DNA of 64,000 nucleotides from an uncultured Acidobacteriota bacterium (GTDB lineage Bacteria; Acidobacteriota; Thermoanaerobaculia; UBA5066): NCBI GenBank assembly GCA_963779415.1, contig CAVZYA010000002.1, positions 1,216,001 to 1,280,000 of the forward strand, read 5' to 3'. Shown piece by piece: positions 10,476 to 21,257 of this stretch (position 1 is its first letter; each line of letters starts with the position of its first letter). The notes under the pieces were generated by a model. It saw only the letters and a program-made list of their open reading frames with translations, ran no database searches and was not told where the DNA came from. The position numbers and the translations under genes were made by a program.

Positions 10476-11986
10476 ATGAGTTCATCGGCAGCTCGCGTTC
10501 GTGGTTTCGTCCCGCTCCTCGCGATTGCCCTGGGCCTCTCGTTCCCGGCGACCGCCCAGATCCAGGTCTTTTCGACCGGCGGATACGTGACTCCGGAGAC
10601 AATTTCACTCGCGCCGAGCGGATTCGGGGCGTACGGCGGGAGCTACTTCATCCCGGATGCCTCCACGGGCAACATCTGGATCTTGCCGGCCACCGGAGGT
10701 CCTCCCGCCGCGTTCCTGACCCCTCCGACCGGCGTGAGCGTCATCGGAGGAATCTTTCTTCCGTCGGGCTGGGGCCCCGATTCGGGAAAATTCGTGGTCG
10801 CTGCCGCGACATCCGCCGAACAGACTGCCGCGCTCCTTCGCTTCGACAGCGATGGCAACAGGAATCCTGTCGCCGCAGGGGACGGTATCTTCTCGACGCC
10901 GATGATTTCGCCGGCGAATTTCGGGATCTGGGTGGCCACCTCTTCGTCACCGATGAGTACAATGGCGTCTGGCGGCTCGCTCCCTCCGGACGACTCGCTG
11001 AAGCCTTTTTACCTGGATCGGTCTTTCGCGACCGGCCCGTTTGGCCTCGAATTCGCCCCCTCCGGTTGGGGTGCTTTCGGGAATCGCATGCTGGTCAGCG
11101 ACTCGTACACAAGCAACCCCGACGACCTGGCCCGAAAGCGAGCTATATCGTCGCCGTCTCCGCGGACGGAAACTCGAGCAGCATCTTCGCGACCGTGCCG
11201 CTCCCGGAGGTCCGAAGAACGGCCTGAGGCAGATGCTAATGGACCCGAACGACTATTTCCGGATTCGCTCGGGATCCCCGGAAGGCTTCTCCTGGTCTCC
11301 GTCAGCGGCTCTCCGAATGGTCTAGGCTATCTCGGAGAGCTGCTGGCTCTCGACGCGACGGGCACGATCGTGGCGCATCTGCAGGTGGGGAGCATTCTGG
11401 CGAAGTTCGACCCCCGCGGAATGCTATAACGAGCGACGGGCATCTCCTGGTCAGCGATGCAACCGATCCCATTCTGCAGGCCACGGCCCACGACTTCCTC
11501 CCCGGCCGGGGAGAGATCTCATCCTCCCCAAGACGTCAAGCAGGACGTCCTGACTCAGTTGATCACGCTGCGCGCGACGATCACCGACAAGCAGGACGGG
11601 AAGAAGCTCGACGACGCGATCGGTCATCTGACGAAGTCGATTGACCAGGTCTCTGGCTCGGTTCCTCTCATCTGCAGCCCGCGTCGGGCGCGACGGTCTT
11701 CAACGAAGAGAAGGACGCGGTCAACAAGCTGAATGGCCTGGTCAAAGACAAGCACAGCACGGTCCCCGGCGCCACGCTGCAGGGGTTCATCGACCGGCTC
11801 GTGCGGGCGGATGCGGCCCTTGCGCTCGTGGCCATCAACGACGCGTTCGCGGCGCACGTCGACGCGAAGAGAATCGCCCAGGCCAACCAGGAGCTGATGA
11901 ACGGGAACGTTCAGGCCGCGAACGGGAATCCGGAGAGCGCCATCGAGCAGTACCGCAATGCCTGGAGCCATGCGGTGAAGGGCTGA
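10476..11986 (+). CDS. Secreted beta-propeller-like protein with C-terminal helical domain (multiple frameshifts)
   Basis: RBS GAGGAG, signal peptide, APSGFG/APSGWG repeats; protein-like sequence continues across ORFs 10476, 11457 and 11801. Confidence 0.55.
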
Positions 11987-13843
11987 GTCCCGCTGGAGTC
12001 GGCGCCGCAGGCGGCCGGCGGGCCGCGCCCGGAGGCGGGCCGTCGAGGCGCGCCCGCGCCTTCTCGTCGCGCGAGAGGTTCCAGAGGATCAGGACGAACG
12101 CGACGATCGCGACGTCGACGAGCGAGAGGCCGAGAAGGAGCTGTCCGAAGACGAGCTTCCCGATCCCGAAGAGCGCCGAGTAGACGAGGACGATCCCGAG
12201 GAGCCAGTTCACGAGCGACATCGCCCCGCCGGGGATCGGCTCGCGCCCGAGGCCGAGCCGCCTCGAGACCGCGGCCCACCCGGGCCCGCCCGGCCGGACC
12301 CGCCGGTAGAACGCGTCGAGCGTGGCGTCGGGCTCGGGCTTCGTCAGGAACGTCACGGCCACCCAGACGACCGTCGAGATGGCCACGGTGACGAGCATGA
12401 CGAGCGCCTGGACGCGGAACTCCTCCGCGTCGAAGAGGGCGTGCCCGCGCGGGTAGGGGTTCCGGATCATCGCCATGGCGGCCGAGCGAGACGACCATCG
12501 AGGAGAGCATGGCGCTGATCTCGCTCCAGGCGTTGATCCGCCACCAGTACCACCGGAGGATCAGGACGAGGCCTGTCCCGCTTCCGAGCGCGAGGAGGAA
12601 CCGCCACGCCTTCTCGATCGTCGTCAGGTTCATCGTCACGACGATCGACGCGAGGAAGAGGAAGACCGTCGTCAGCCGTCCGACGAGGACGTAGTGCTTC
12701 TCGCCCGCCCCCTTCTTCAGGAACCGCTTGTAGATGTCGCCGACGAGATAGCTCGCCCCCCAGTTCAGGTGGGTCCCGACCGTGGACATGTAGGCCGCCG
12801 CGAAGCCGGCCAGCATGAACCCCTTCCACCCGGACGGCATCAGGTCGACCATGGCCTGCACGTAGGCCGCCTCACGGTCCATCTTCCCGCCGACGAGGAC
12901 GCCGCCGGGGTAGAGGAGGACGGTGCAGAGGCCGGTCACGATCCAGGGCCACGGGCGCAGGGCGTAGTGCCCGACGTTGAAGAAGAGCGTCGCGAGGACG
13001 CCGTCCTTTTCCGTTCGCGCGGAGAAGATCCGCTGCGCGACGTAGCCGCCGCCCCCCGGCTCGGCGTCCGGGATACCACGCGGCCCACCACTGGACGGCG
13101 AGGAACGTCAGCATCGCGATGGCCGGCATCCAGACCGAGCCGGCGGGCGGCAGGACGGAGAGCGCGGCGTCGGCGCTGCCGAAGTGCGCGGCGAGGCCGT
13201 CGCGAAGGGCCCCCATCCCGCCGACCTTCTTCACGGCGAACCAGGCGAGGACGATGACCGCCGACATCTTGATGACGAGCTGGACGAGGTCCGTCCAGAG
13301 GACGGCCCACATCCCCGCCGCCGCCGAGTAGCCGACGGTGATGACGAAGCAGAGGCCGACGGCGAGGACCGGGTCGATGCCGAGCGACACCTGCAGGATC
13401 TTCACCATCGCGAGCGTCACCCAGCCGAGGATGATCAGGTTGATCGGCAGCGCGAGGTAGAGCGCCCGGAAGCCGCGGAGGAACGTCGCGGGGGAGCCGC
13501 TGTAGCGGATCTCGGCGAACTCCACGTCCGTCATCACGTTCGCCCGCCGCCAGAGGCGCGCGTAGAGGAAGACGGTGAGCGTCCCGCTCATCACCATGTT
13601 CCACCAGAGCCAGTTCCCGGCCACGCCGTGCGCGGCCACGAGCCCCGTCACGACGAGCGGCGTGTCGGCGGCGAAGGTCGTCGCGATCATCGCGGCGCCG
13701 GCCAGCCACCAGGGGACGGCGCGCCCCGCCACGAAGTACTCGGAGAGCGACTCGCCTCCCTTCTTCGTGAACCGGATCCCGACGCCGATCGAGAGGGCGA
13801 AGTAGGCGAAGACGATGCCCCAGTCGAGGAAGGAGAGCGTCAT
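11835..13843 (-). CDS. Sodium:solute symporter family protein (frameshifts near 13065 and 12480; 3' end uncertain)
   Basis: YFVAGRAVPWWLAG, ATTFAADTPL, GFAAAYMST, WRINAWSEI. Confidence 0.88.
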
Positions 13844-13913
13844 GCGGCGAGGATACGCGGGCGGGACCTTCTGAATAGTAGAATCAGTCTCAACAATTGA
13901 AAGGAGAAATCCG

Positions 13914-14486
13914 ATGAGAATCCGTACGATCCGTTTCTTCGCTCCTGCGGTCGCGTGTCTTCTTGCCGCCCCCGTCCTCCGCGCCGCCGACAAGCCGATG
14001 GCGCCGCCGAAGCCCGCCCCCGAGATGGCCCAGCTCGCCTATTTCGCCGGGACGTGGGCGTGCTCGGGGAAGACGTTCGCGAGCCCGATGGGGCCCGAGC
14101 ACGCAACGGCAGGGACCGTCCATGCGGTGTCCGCCCTTGGAGGGTTCTGGACCGTCGTCCACTACGACGAGAAGAAGACCGCCGCGAACCCCATGCCCTA
14201 TCACGCGGCGGTGTTCATGGGCTATGACGCGGCGGAGAAGGTCTTCGTCGAGCGCTGCTACGACAGCTTCGGCGGCTACTGCAGCGAGACCTCGAAGGGG
14301 TGGTCCGGGGACACCCTCGCCTTCGAGGGTCCGGCGATGGGGATGGGGCCGCAGATGAATTCCCGCGACACTTTCCTCAAGAAGGGTGCCTCCGAAATGG
14401 TCCACACTGGCGAGATGCAGGGCCCCGACGGAAAGTGGATGAAGCTGGACGAGGAGACCTGCACGAAGGCCGCGGCGAAGAAGTAA
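13914..14486 (+). CDS. Secreted DUF1579-like protein
   Basis: RBS AAGGAG, signal peptide, PAPEMAQLAYFAGTW, GYDA..K.FV..CYDSFGG. Confidence 0.7.
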   Translation: MRIRTIRFFAPAVACLLAAPVLRAADKPMAPPKPAPEMAQLAYFAGTWACSGKTFASPMGPEHATAGTVHAVSALGGFWTVVHYDEKKTAANPMPYHAAVFMGYDAAEKVFVERCYDSFGGYCSETSKGWSGDTLAFEGPAMGMGPQMNSRDTFLKKGASEMVHTGEMQGPDGKWMKLDEETCTKAAAKK

Positions 14487-14613
14487 CCGGAGCCGTGCCG
14501 GCGGCGATCCGGCGCGTAAACCTGTAAGCCGTGTCACCGGGGATCTCGCGGGGGGATTGACTCGACCCCGGCAGTCGGAATTAGGATATGGAAAGCTGTT
14601 CGGTCGAAACCCG

Positions 14614-15006
14614 ATGGCCCTGATGCCGTACCGGGCCGCCCCGTCCACGATCGCGGCTCTCGAGGAGCTGCTGGAGAAGCTCCGGAGCGAGGACGCCTCC
14701 GAGGACCTTCTCTCGGACGAAATGGCTCTTTTCATCATGCGTTTCGGCGGTCACTTGGCGGCGGACTCCCGGGGCGTGAGCACGCGCACGCTCCGCCGGC
14801 AGTTCGAGCGGCTCGGCATTACCCTCTCGGAACACATGACGAGGAAACGTCGCGTGCTGGCGTTGTCCCTTCTGGCGGACGGCACCCCGATCCGCGAGAT
14901 CGCGAGGCGCCTCGGCTTCGCCTCCGCCCAGACCTTCGCCCGCTTCGTCCACCGGGAGTTCGGTACCACGGCCACGGTCCTCCGCCGGCGGTTCGCCGGG
15001 CGCTGA
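14614..15006 (+). CDS. Stand-alone AraC-type HTH protein
   Basis: GVSTRTLRRQF...IREIARRLGFASAQTFARFVHREFGTT; no ligand-binding domain. Confidence 0.75.
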   Translation: MALMPYRAAPSTIAALEELLEKLRSEDASEDLLSDEMALFIMRFGGHLAADSRGVSTRTLRRQFERLGITLSEHMTRKRRVLALSLLADGTPIREIARRLGFASAQTFARFVHREFGTTATVLRRRFAGR

Positions 15007-15028
15007 CCCGACCGAGATCCGGTCTCAT

Positions 15029-15055
15029 TTGTCCTCCCGGGCAACGGTTGTCCTC
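15029..15055 (+). promoter_or_regulatory. TTGTCCTC direct repeat, possible AraC-type binding site
   Basis: TTGTCCTC at 15029-15036 and 15048-15055, between the AraC gene and the protease cluster. Confidence 0.35.
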
Positions 15056-15117
15056 TCAAGCAACTCGACACGCGCGAAAGAGGGCCCAAGTTATCCGGGT
15101 AGAAGGGGGGCGTTCCG

Positions 15118-16608
15118 ATGAGCCCGAAAAAGACGTCCGCGAAGAAGGCGAAAACTCACTCTGCCACCACCCCGAAGAAACCCGGGAAGTCCGTTCCGTC
15201 CGGAGTCTCCGCGTGGGAGGACGATCCCGGAGCGCCGGGTGCGAAGCCGAACAAGCCGATCACGGTTCCGGCTCCGGCTCTCGGCCAGTCCCCCTATCCG
15301 CTCGCGATGTCCGGGCCGGCGCCTGCCGCGAAGGTCTATCCGAAGGGGACGGCGGAATTCCGGTACTGGAATGCGGCCGCCGCCGCTCGCCGGGGAGCGG
15401 GGCTGTGGGGCGGCATCGTCCCGGCGGGGACCGGCTGGCAACCGGGCGGAACGCTCCGCGTCACGCTCGACCACGGCACCGACCTGAACGCCTACTACGA
15501 CCGGAAGGGGCTCTGGTTCTTCCACGCCACGGTGAAGGGCACGACGATTTACTCGGGCGAAAGTCCGGACGTCCTCTGTCACGAACTGGGCCACGCCATC
15601 CTCGACTCGGTCCGCCCGCAGCTCTGGGACGCCATGAGCGCCGAGGTCGCGGCCTTCCACGAGTCGTTCGGGGACATGAGCGCGCTCCTCTGCGGGCTCC
15701 AGGTCCCCTCGCTCCGGCAGGCGGTCCTCACCGAGACGGGGGGGACGCTTTATCACAGCTCGCGCCTTTCCCGTCTCGCCGAGCAGCTCGGTTGGGCCAT
15801 CCGGCAGACGCAGCCGGATGCCGCCGACGCCGACTGCCTCCGGAATGCGGTCAACTCGTTCTTTTACCGCGACCCGCTCACGATTCCGCACTCCGGTCCG
15901 GTGACGGAGCTGACCTCCGAGCCGCACAGCTTCTCCCGCGTCTTCACCGGAGGCTTCTTCGAGGCGCTGTCGGGGATGGTCGGCACCCTTTCGCACCCGG
16001 CCACCGACGCCGCCCTCGCGACCGCCAGTCGCGACGCGGCCCTCCTCCTGATCGACGCCGTACGGGCCGCTCCGGTCGTCCCCGCCTATTACAGCCAGGT
16101 GGCCTCTCTGATGCTGGCCGCCGACCACGATCACTTCGGCGGAAAGTACACGGCGGCCGTGAAGAGCGCCTTCGTCCGGCGCGGGATCCTCTCGCTCGCC
16201 GCCGCGGCGTCTCTCCGTCCCGCCGCCGCCTCCGCCGCTCGCCGCAGCGTCCTCACGGCCGGCAAGCCGGTTTCGCCCGCAGGCCTCGTTTCCGTCGCGT
16301 TCGACGCGGAGGAGTTCGCCCTCGGCAAAGGGAAAGTCCATGTCCTTACCGCATCGGCCCAGCCGCTCCTCCGCGTCCGTTCGTCGGCGCCCTCCTCCGG
16401 CCCGGCGGCGGATTCTTCGGGAGAGGACGTGGCTCGCTCTTTCCTCGCATACCTGTTCCGGCGCGGGCGCGTCGACCTCGGCGCGCACGGCGACTCGGAG
16501 GTCCGCGTCGAGCACGCGATTGCCCGGAAGACGCACGACCTGGTCTCACGGAACGGGGAGCTTGCGATCGTCCGCCGGACCTTCGACTGCGGCTTCGACT
16601 GCTTCTGA
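15118..16608 (+). CDS. Zinc metallopeptidase, M4/M36 (gluzincin)-like, no signal peptide
   Basis: LNAYYD, DVLCHELGH, AFHESFGD, EPHSFSRVF. Confidence 0.82.
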   Translation: MSPKKTSAKKAKTHSATTPKKPGKSVPSGVSAWEDDPGAPGAKPNKPITVPAPALGQSPYPLAMSGPAPAAKVYPKGTAEFRYWNAAAAARRGAGLWGGIVPAGTGWQPGGTLRVTLDHGTDLNAYYDRKGLWFFHATVKGTTIYSGESPDVLCHELGHAILDSVRPQLWDAMSAEVAAFHESFGDMSALLCGLQVPSLRQAVLTETGGTLYHSSRLSRLAEQLGWAIRQTQPDAADADCLRNAVNSFFYRDPLTIPHSGPVTELTSEPHSFSRVFTGGFFEALSGMVGTLSHPATDAALATASRDAALLLIDAVRAAPVVPAYYSQVASLMLAADHDHFGGKYTAAVKSAFVRRGILSLAAAASLRPAAASAARRSVLTAGKPVSPAGLVSVAFDAEEFALGKGKVHVLTASAQPLLRVRSSAPSSGPAADSSGEDVARSFLAYLFRRGRVDLGAHGDSEVRVEHAIARKTHDLVSRNGELAIVRRTFDCGFDCF

Positions 16609-16644
16609 GGCGGGGGACTATGATCGGTGCCGGGAGGCTTTCCG

Positions 16645-16896
16645 ATGCCCAGAGCGAGATCGAAGAAGAAGGCCGGAAGCCCCCGCGGCAAGAGGGCGAA
16701 GCCGGACCGGATCCCGAAGGGCGTGAGCCGGCACTTCGCCGAAGGGCTGATCGCGCGAGGCGAGGCCGTCCCCGAGCCTTCGGCCGGCGCAGAGCTTCCG
16801 CCCGGGGCGACGCACACCTTCGAGCCCGAAGCGGCAAAGAACGGGACGTTCCCGCCGACGGGCCGTCTGCGCCGCCGCCGCTTCTCTCTCCTCTAG
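16645..16896 (+). CDS. Small basic hypothetical protein
   Basis: RBS GGAGG; LIARGEA...LPPGATH...LRRRRFS; lies within the cluster. Confidence 0.6.
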   Translation: MPRARSKKKAGSPRGKRAKPDRIPKGVSRHFAEGLIARGEAVPEPSAGAELPPGATHTFEPEAAKNGTFPPTGRLRRRRFSLL

Positions 16897-16963
16897 ACCC
16901 TCTTCGGCCGCCACTGGGCAATCCGGCCGGCGGAGTCCCTTGCGCGGCGGCAGGACGGACGCC

Positions 16964-19251
16964 ATGAGAGACGACACTCTCTCGCCTCCCGTCGACCTTC
17001 CGCCCCGGTTTCGCCCGCGGACGGACTTCCATGCGCTCTCGGTCCGCGACCTCGTCGACGCCCGCGACGCCTATCACGTCCACTTGTCGAACAAGGAGCA
17101 CGTCATCGGGACGGCCATCGGGCTCTACCGGATCCGAAGAGGGGACTTCTTCGAAAAGAATCCTCCCGGTACGCTTCGCCCTCCGAACGACGAGCGGCTT
17201 TCGGGACCGAGGGATCTCTTCAACTCCGTCGTCGTCCCCTGGTCGTGGCCGTCTGTCCTCGTCTTCGTCGAGCGGTGGGTGGACCGGAACGCCTGGCGGA
17301 GCGGGGCCGCGGGCGCCGCGATGGAGCCCGATCAGTTCATCCCGCGGTATCTCTACCTCCCGGATGGCCGCATCGTCCCCACGTGTGTCGTCCTCCTCCG
17401 GCGCGTCGACACCCGCCCCGCGGCCCCACCGCCCGTCTCGTTTCCCAAGGAGTTCGTCGGCGGCGGCTACCCGCTCCTCACGTCGGTGCAGGGACGCCAG
17501 CGGGTCGGATCGGTCGGCTGCCTCGTGACGGACGGGCACAACACGTTCGCCCTGACGAATCGGCACGTGACGGGCGACGACGGGGCGCCGGTGACGACGG
17601 TCCTCGGCGGACACGAGGTCGTGATCGGCTCGGCCAGCTCGCAGGTGCTGGGGAAACGCCGCTTCGACCAGGTCTACGAACCCTGGCCGGGCCGGCGGGT
17701 CTTCGTGAACCTGGACGTGGGCCTCGTGAAGGTGAACGACCTCTCCCAGTGGACCACGCAGGTGCTGGGACTCGGGACGCTCGCCGGCCCCGTGGACCTG
17801 AACACCGACACGATCTCGCTTTCGCTCGTCGACCAGCGGGTGGAGGCCTTCGGCGCCGTTTCGGGGCCGCTCTCGGGACGCATTGCCGCACTCTTCTATC
17901 GCTACCAGGAGATCGGCGGATTCGAGTACGTCTCCGACCTTCTGATCGCTCCGGACAGCGGGTCCGAGACCCTGCCGGGCGACTCGGGGACTCTCTGGTG
18001 CCTCGTCCAGGAGGGCGAGTCGGCGAGCCACCACCCGATCGCCCTCGAGTGGGGGGGGAGCGGATCGAGGAGACGGGGACGGACCGGGCGCGCAGCTACA
18101 CGCTCGCGACGTTCGTCAGCACGATCCTCCGGGAGCTCGAGCTCGACCTGGTCCGCGACTGGAACGTGGGCCTTCCCTACTACTGGGGGGCGCTGGGACA
18201 CTACACGATTGCCGCCCGCGCCTGCTCGGCCGTGACAGGCTCGCTCAAGACACTTCTCGGGGCGAATCTCGAGCGGGTCACCTACCCGGACGCGCGGCTC
18301 TTGCCTTCGACGTTCCAGGGCCTTTCGAAACGGGACTTCGTCCCTCTGGCCGACGTGCCCGACTACGTCTGGAAGACGCCGGGCGGCCCCGCGCAGCGAA
18401 AGACGGAAAACCCGTCCCACTTCGCGGACATGGACAAGCCTCTCCCCGACGCCCCGAACAAGGGAAAGACACTGCTCGATCTCTGTGCCGACCCGCAGAA
18501 CGTGACGCCGGAGTTCTGGAAGAGCTACTACGGCCGCGTACACGATACGAGCAAGGGGACGCTGCCGTTCCGTGTCCGGCAGGTCTACGAGGAGATGGTG
18601 GCCGCGGCCGCCGGGCGGGACGTCGCCCGTTACGTCGCGGCCGCCGGCATCCTCGCCCACTACGTCGGCGATGCCTGCCAGCCGCTCCACATCTCATACC
18701 TGTTCAACGGCGATCCCGATCGGACAGAGGACGGCGCCACGTTCGGCAAAGGCGTCCACGGTGCGTACGAGGCTTCGATGATCAACGCCCACGGGCCGGA
18801 GATTCTCGCAGGCGTTTCGGCGGGGCTCGCGGGTACGTCTCTTCCGGCGAAGCTCGCCGGGGGGCAGGCCGCGGCTCTCGCGACGGTCGACCTCATGTCC
18901 GGCACGTTCCAGAACCTCAAGCCGATGGAGATCGTCGACGCCTATGCCGCCGGGAAGGACCTCTGGTCCCTTTTCGGCCCGGGCACGATCACGACCCTCG
19001 TGCAGGGAGTCCGGACGCTCGCGGGCCTCTGGCAGAGCGCGTGGGAGGAGGGGAACGGGGACGGCATCCCGGCGTCGAAGCTCGGGGCCGTGCCGGAATC
19101 CGAACTCGTCCGCCTTTACGGCGATCCGGGTTTCCTTCCGTCCCTCACCCTCGACCAGTTCGTCGCCGGAGCGGGAGGCGCAAAGCCGAAACCCTCGTCC
19201 GGCGTCGGAAGAAAGACATCGCAAACGGGGAAGCCGAAGAAGAAGTCGTAG
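16964..19251 (+). CDS. Trypsin-like (Nal1-type) serine protease fused to S1/P1 nuclease / Zn-phospholipase C domain; one-base frameshift in G8 at 18051-18058
   Basis: Triad motifs TNRHV, LDVGLV, GDSG; then WGALGH (18184), LADVPD, SHFAD, AHYVGDACQPLH, HGAYE; adding one G gives a ~762-aa ORF. Confidence 0.8.
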
Positions 19252-19306
19252 GAACTCACTCCCGGGGCCGGGCCGGCTGCCCGTCTTCTGGGAAAAGGAG
19301 GATCGA

Positions 19307-19984
19307 ATGAATTTCGAGGTCGTCCTCGCCGCATGCCTCGTGGCCGGCGTCGTCTTCGCGGCGATGGCCGTCTGGCTGACGACCCGCAAGGGAAACACGA
19401 TCAGCGACGTCCTGAACTCGCAGCACTTCCAGAACGCCGAGGCCCTCCGGGTGGAGGTCCTCGACAAGGTGAAGGTCTCGTCGAACCTGCCGATCGTCGG
19501 CCTCTATCTGGTCGCGGCCGTCGTCGCCATCGGCTTCCCGGCCTTCCTCTACTGGTACAGCCACCGCGCGTCCTTCGTCGTGGTCTTCCTGTCCGGCTCG
19601 TTCCAGGGGGCGGTGCCCGCGAGCACGTCCAGGCTCTACGTCGTCTCCCATGATTCGCTCGTCGACCCCGGGGCCGGGAGCTTCACGGTGCCTCTCGTCT
19701 TTAGAGACACGCAGCCCCGGCACGACCTGATGATCGAGAGTCGTGACTACCTTCCCGTCGGCGTCTCGGTGACGCTGGACCGGGCGTCGGACACCCTCAA
19801 GGTGCGCTACCAGAATTCGCCAAACGAGGCGTCCGTTCACCTGCAGAATTTCGCCGGGGAACTGCCGGCGTCGATCACGCTCTCTCCCGCCCAGCCTCTG
19901 CTCGAGCCGCCGCCGAACCAGCCCTCCCCGGCACCGGCGCTGCCGGCGACCCTCGCCGCGGCGGTCCCCCCCGCCGAGGGGTGA
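19307..19984 (+). CDS. Hypothetical membrane protein (2 TM + C-terminal beta-rich domain)
   Basis: RBS AAGGAGG; two hydrophobic segments; Pro-rich tail. Confidence 0.7.
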   Translation: MNFEVVLAACLVAGVVFAAMAVWLTTRKGNTISDVLNSQHFQNAEALRVEVLDKVKVSSNLPIVGLYLVAAVVAIGFPAFLYWYSHRASFVVVFLSGSFQGAVPASTSRLYVVSHDSLVDPGAGSFTVPLVFRDTQPRHDLMIESRDYLPVGVSVTLDRASDTLKVRYQNSPNEASVHLQNFAGELPASITLSPAQPLLEPPPNQPSPAPALPATLAAAVPPAEG

Positions 19985-19988
19985 AGCC

Positions 19989-20342
19989 ATGACCAGAAGC
20001 CGATTCCTGACTCCCCTCCTGATTCTCGCGGCCGCATTCGTCCTCTCCGCCGGAATCGAGGCCGGTCCGGCGAGCGTGAGCCTTTCAGGCGCGGTCTATC
20101 AGCGCCAGCCGCAGGGGGACCGGCCTTCGCCGATTCCGCAGTGCCGTGTCTATCTTCTCGATGCGGCGTCGGGGGCCTGGATCGGACCGGTCCCGACCGA
20201 CAGCTACGGCCGCTTCGCGTTCTACGACCTCCGCAGCGGGGGCTACGTCCTCAAGGTGTTCAAGCCGAGAGACGGGAAGCGCCCGGCCTGGCAGCAGCAG
20301 GTGACGACGCCTTCCCGGCTCCCGCCCATCGTCCTCCCCTGA
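19989..20342 (+). CDS. Secreted prealbumin-like / carboxypeptidase-regulatory-like domain protein
   Basis: Signal peptide; LSGAVY...PIPQCRVYL...TDSYGRFAFYDLRSGGYVLKV. Confidence 0.7.
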   Translation: MTRSRFLTPLLILAAAFVLSAGIEAGPASVSLSGAVYQRQPQGDRPSPIPQCRVYLLDAASGAWIGPVPTDSYGRFAFYDLRSGGYVLKVFKPRDGKRPAWQQQVTTPSRLPPIVLP

Positions 20343-20397
20343 GGGCGCCGCGCAAGGAAGCCGTCGTCCTCGTACCCCGGGGAACGCATCCTTTCCC

Positions 20398-21168
20398 TCA
20401 GGCACCGGGGCTCGAGAGCGAGTGCCGTCGAAGGAGCATCGCGCCGACGAACGCCGTTCCGGCCGCCGCGGAGAGGTGCTTTAGCGGGTGGCCGCCGGTG
20501 AAGACGAGCGCGTCCCTCAGGGGTCGGTCGAACAGCTCGAAGACGAGAGCGGCGGCGTAGCCGGCGAGGAGACCGGCCATCATGGATCCGTGGGAGTAGC
20601 GGCTCGGGAAGAAAGCTGCCGAGACGAGAACGACGAGGATCGCCGCCGCCTGGAGAAAGACGTAGGGACGGAGGTCGCCGAGAAGGAGCCAGGCGAAAAC
20701 GGTTGCGAGTCCGAAGGCGACGAGGGGGAAGAGGAGAAGGCGGCCCGCTCTCTCGTCGACGCGCTCGGAAATGACGATCGCGACGAGGGAGGTGAAGGCG
20801 ACCGTCATCGGAACTCTGTCCCAGAAGAGGGTCTGATCGTTCGGATTCCAGTGATACCACGCCGAGCCGAGGGCCGTCGCGGCGATGGCGGCGAAGAAGA
20901 AGGCGAAGGGGAGCCGTTCCGAAGGATCGACGAAGGCTCGCGCGGCCCGTGGAGAAAAGACGATCGCGAGTCCCCGGACTCCCACCGCGAGGAATGCCAG
21001 ATTCGTGAGGACGTTCGCCGCGTTCGGAATCGGCCCCAGGGGCTCGGTGTCCGCGAAGAGGTGGTAGCGCTGGTCCTGCGACTTCGGCGCGAAAGCGAGG
21101 ACGGCGACGAGAAGAATCAGGACCGCAGCGCCGAGCGCGAGTGCGCCAGCGGCCGGGCGTCCGCTCAT
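20398..21168 (-). CDS. Ceramidase-like (CREST superfamily) membrane protein
   Basis: QDQRYHLFAD...IPNAANVLTN, GSAWYH, LFWDRVPM, GHPLKHL. Confidence 0.8.
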   Translation of the reverse strand: MSGRPAAGALALGAAVLILLVAVLAFAPKSQDQRYHLFADTEPLGPIPNAANVLTNLAFLAVGVRGLAIVFSPRAARAFVDPSERLPFAFFFAAIAATALGSAWYHWNPNDQTLFWDRVPMTVAFTSLVAIVISERVDERAGRLLLFPLVAFGLATVFAWLLLGDLRPYVFLQAAAILVVLVSAAFFPSRYSHGSMMAGLLAGYAAALVFELFDRPLRDALVFTGGHPLKHLSAAAGTAFVGAMLLRRHSLSSPGA

Positions 21169-21257
21169 GGCGACGATGCTACGCCGCTCCGCGGTGCTAG
21201 GATCTCGGCGTTGCCCGCTCTTCGCGGCGCTGCGCCGCAATCCCGAAGAACAGAGAG

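Noticed and set aside
8323-13843. Block of apparent pseudogenes (FG-GAP protein, propeller protein, symporter)
   Set aside because: Single-base indels without evident in-frame decay occur across the whole window, consistent with sequencing error; true decay cannot be excluded without reads.
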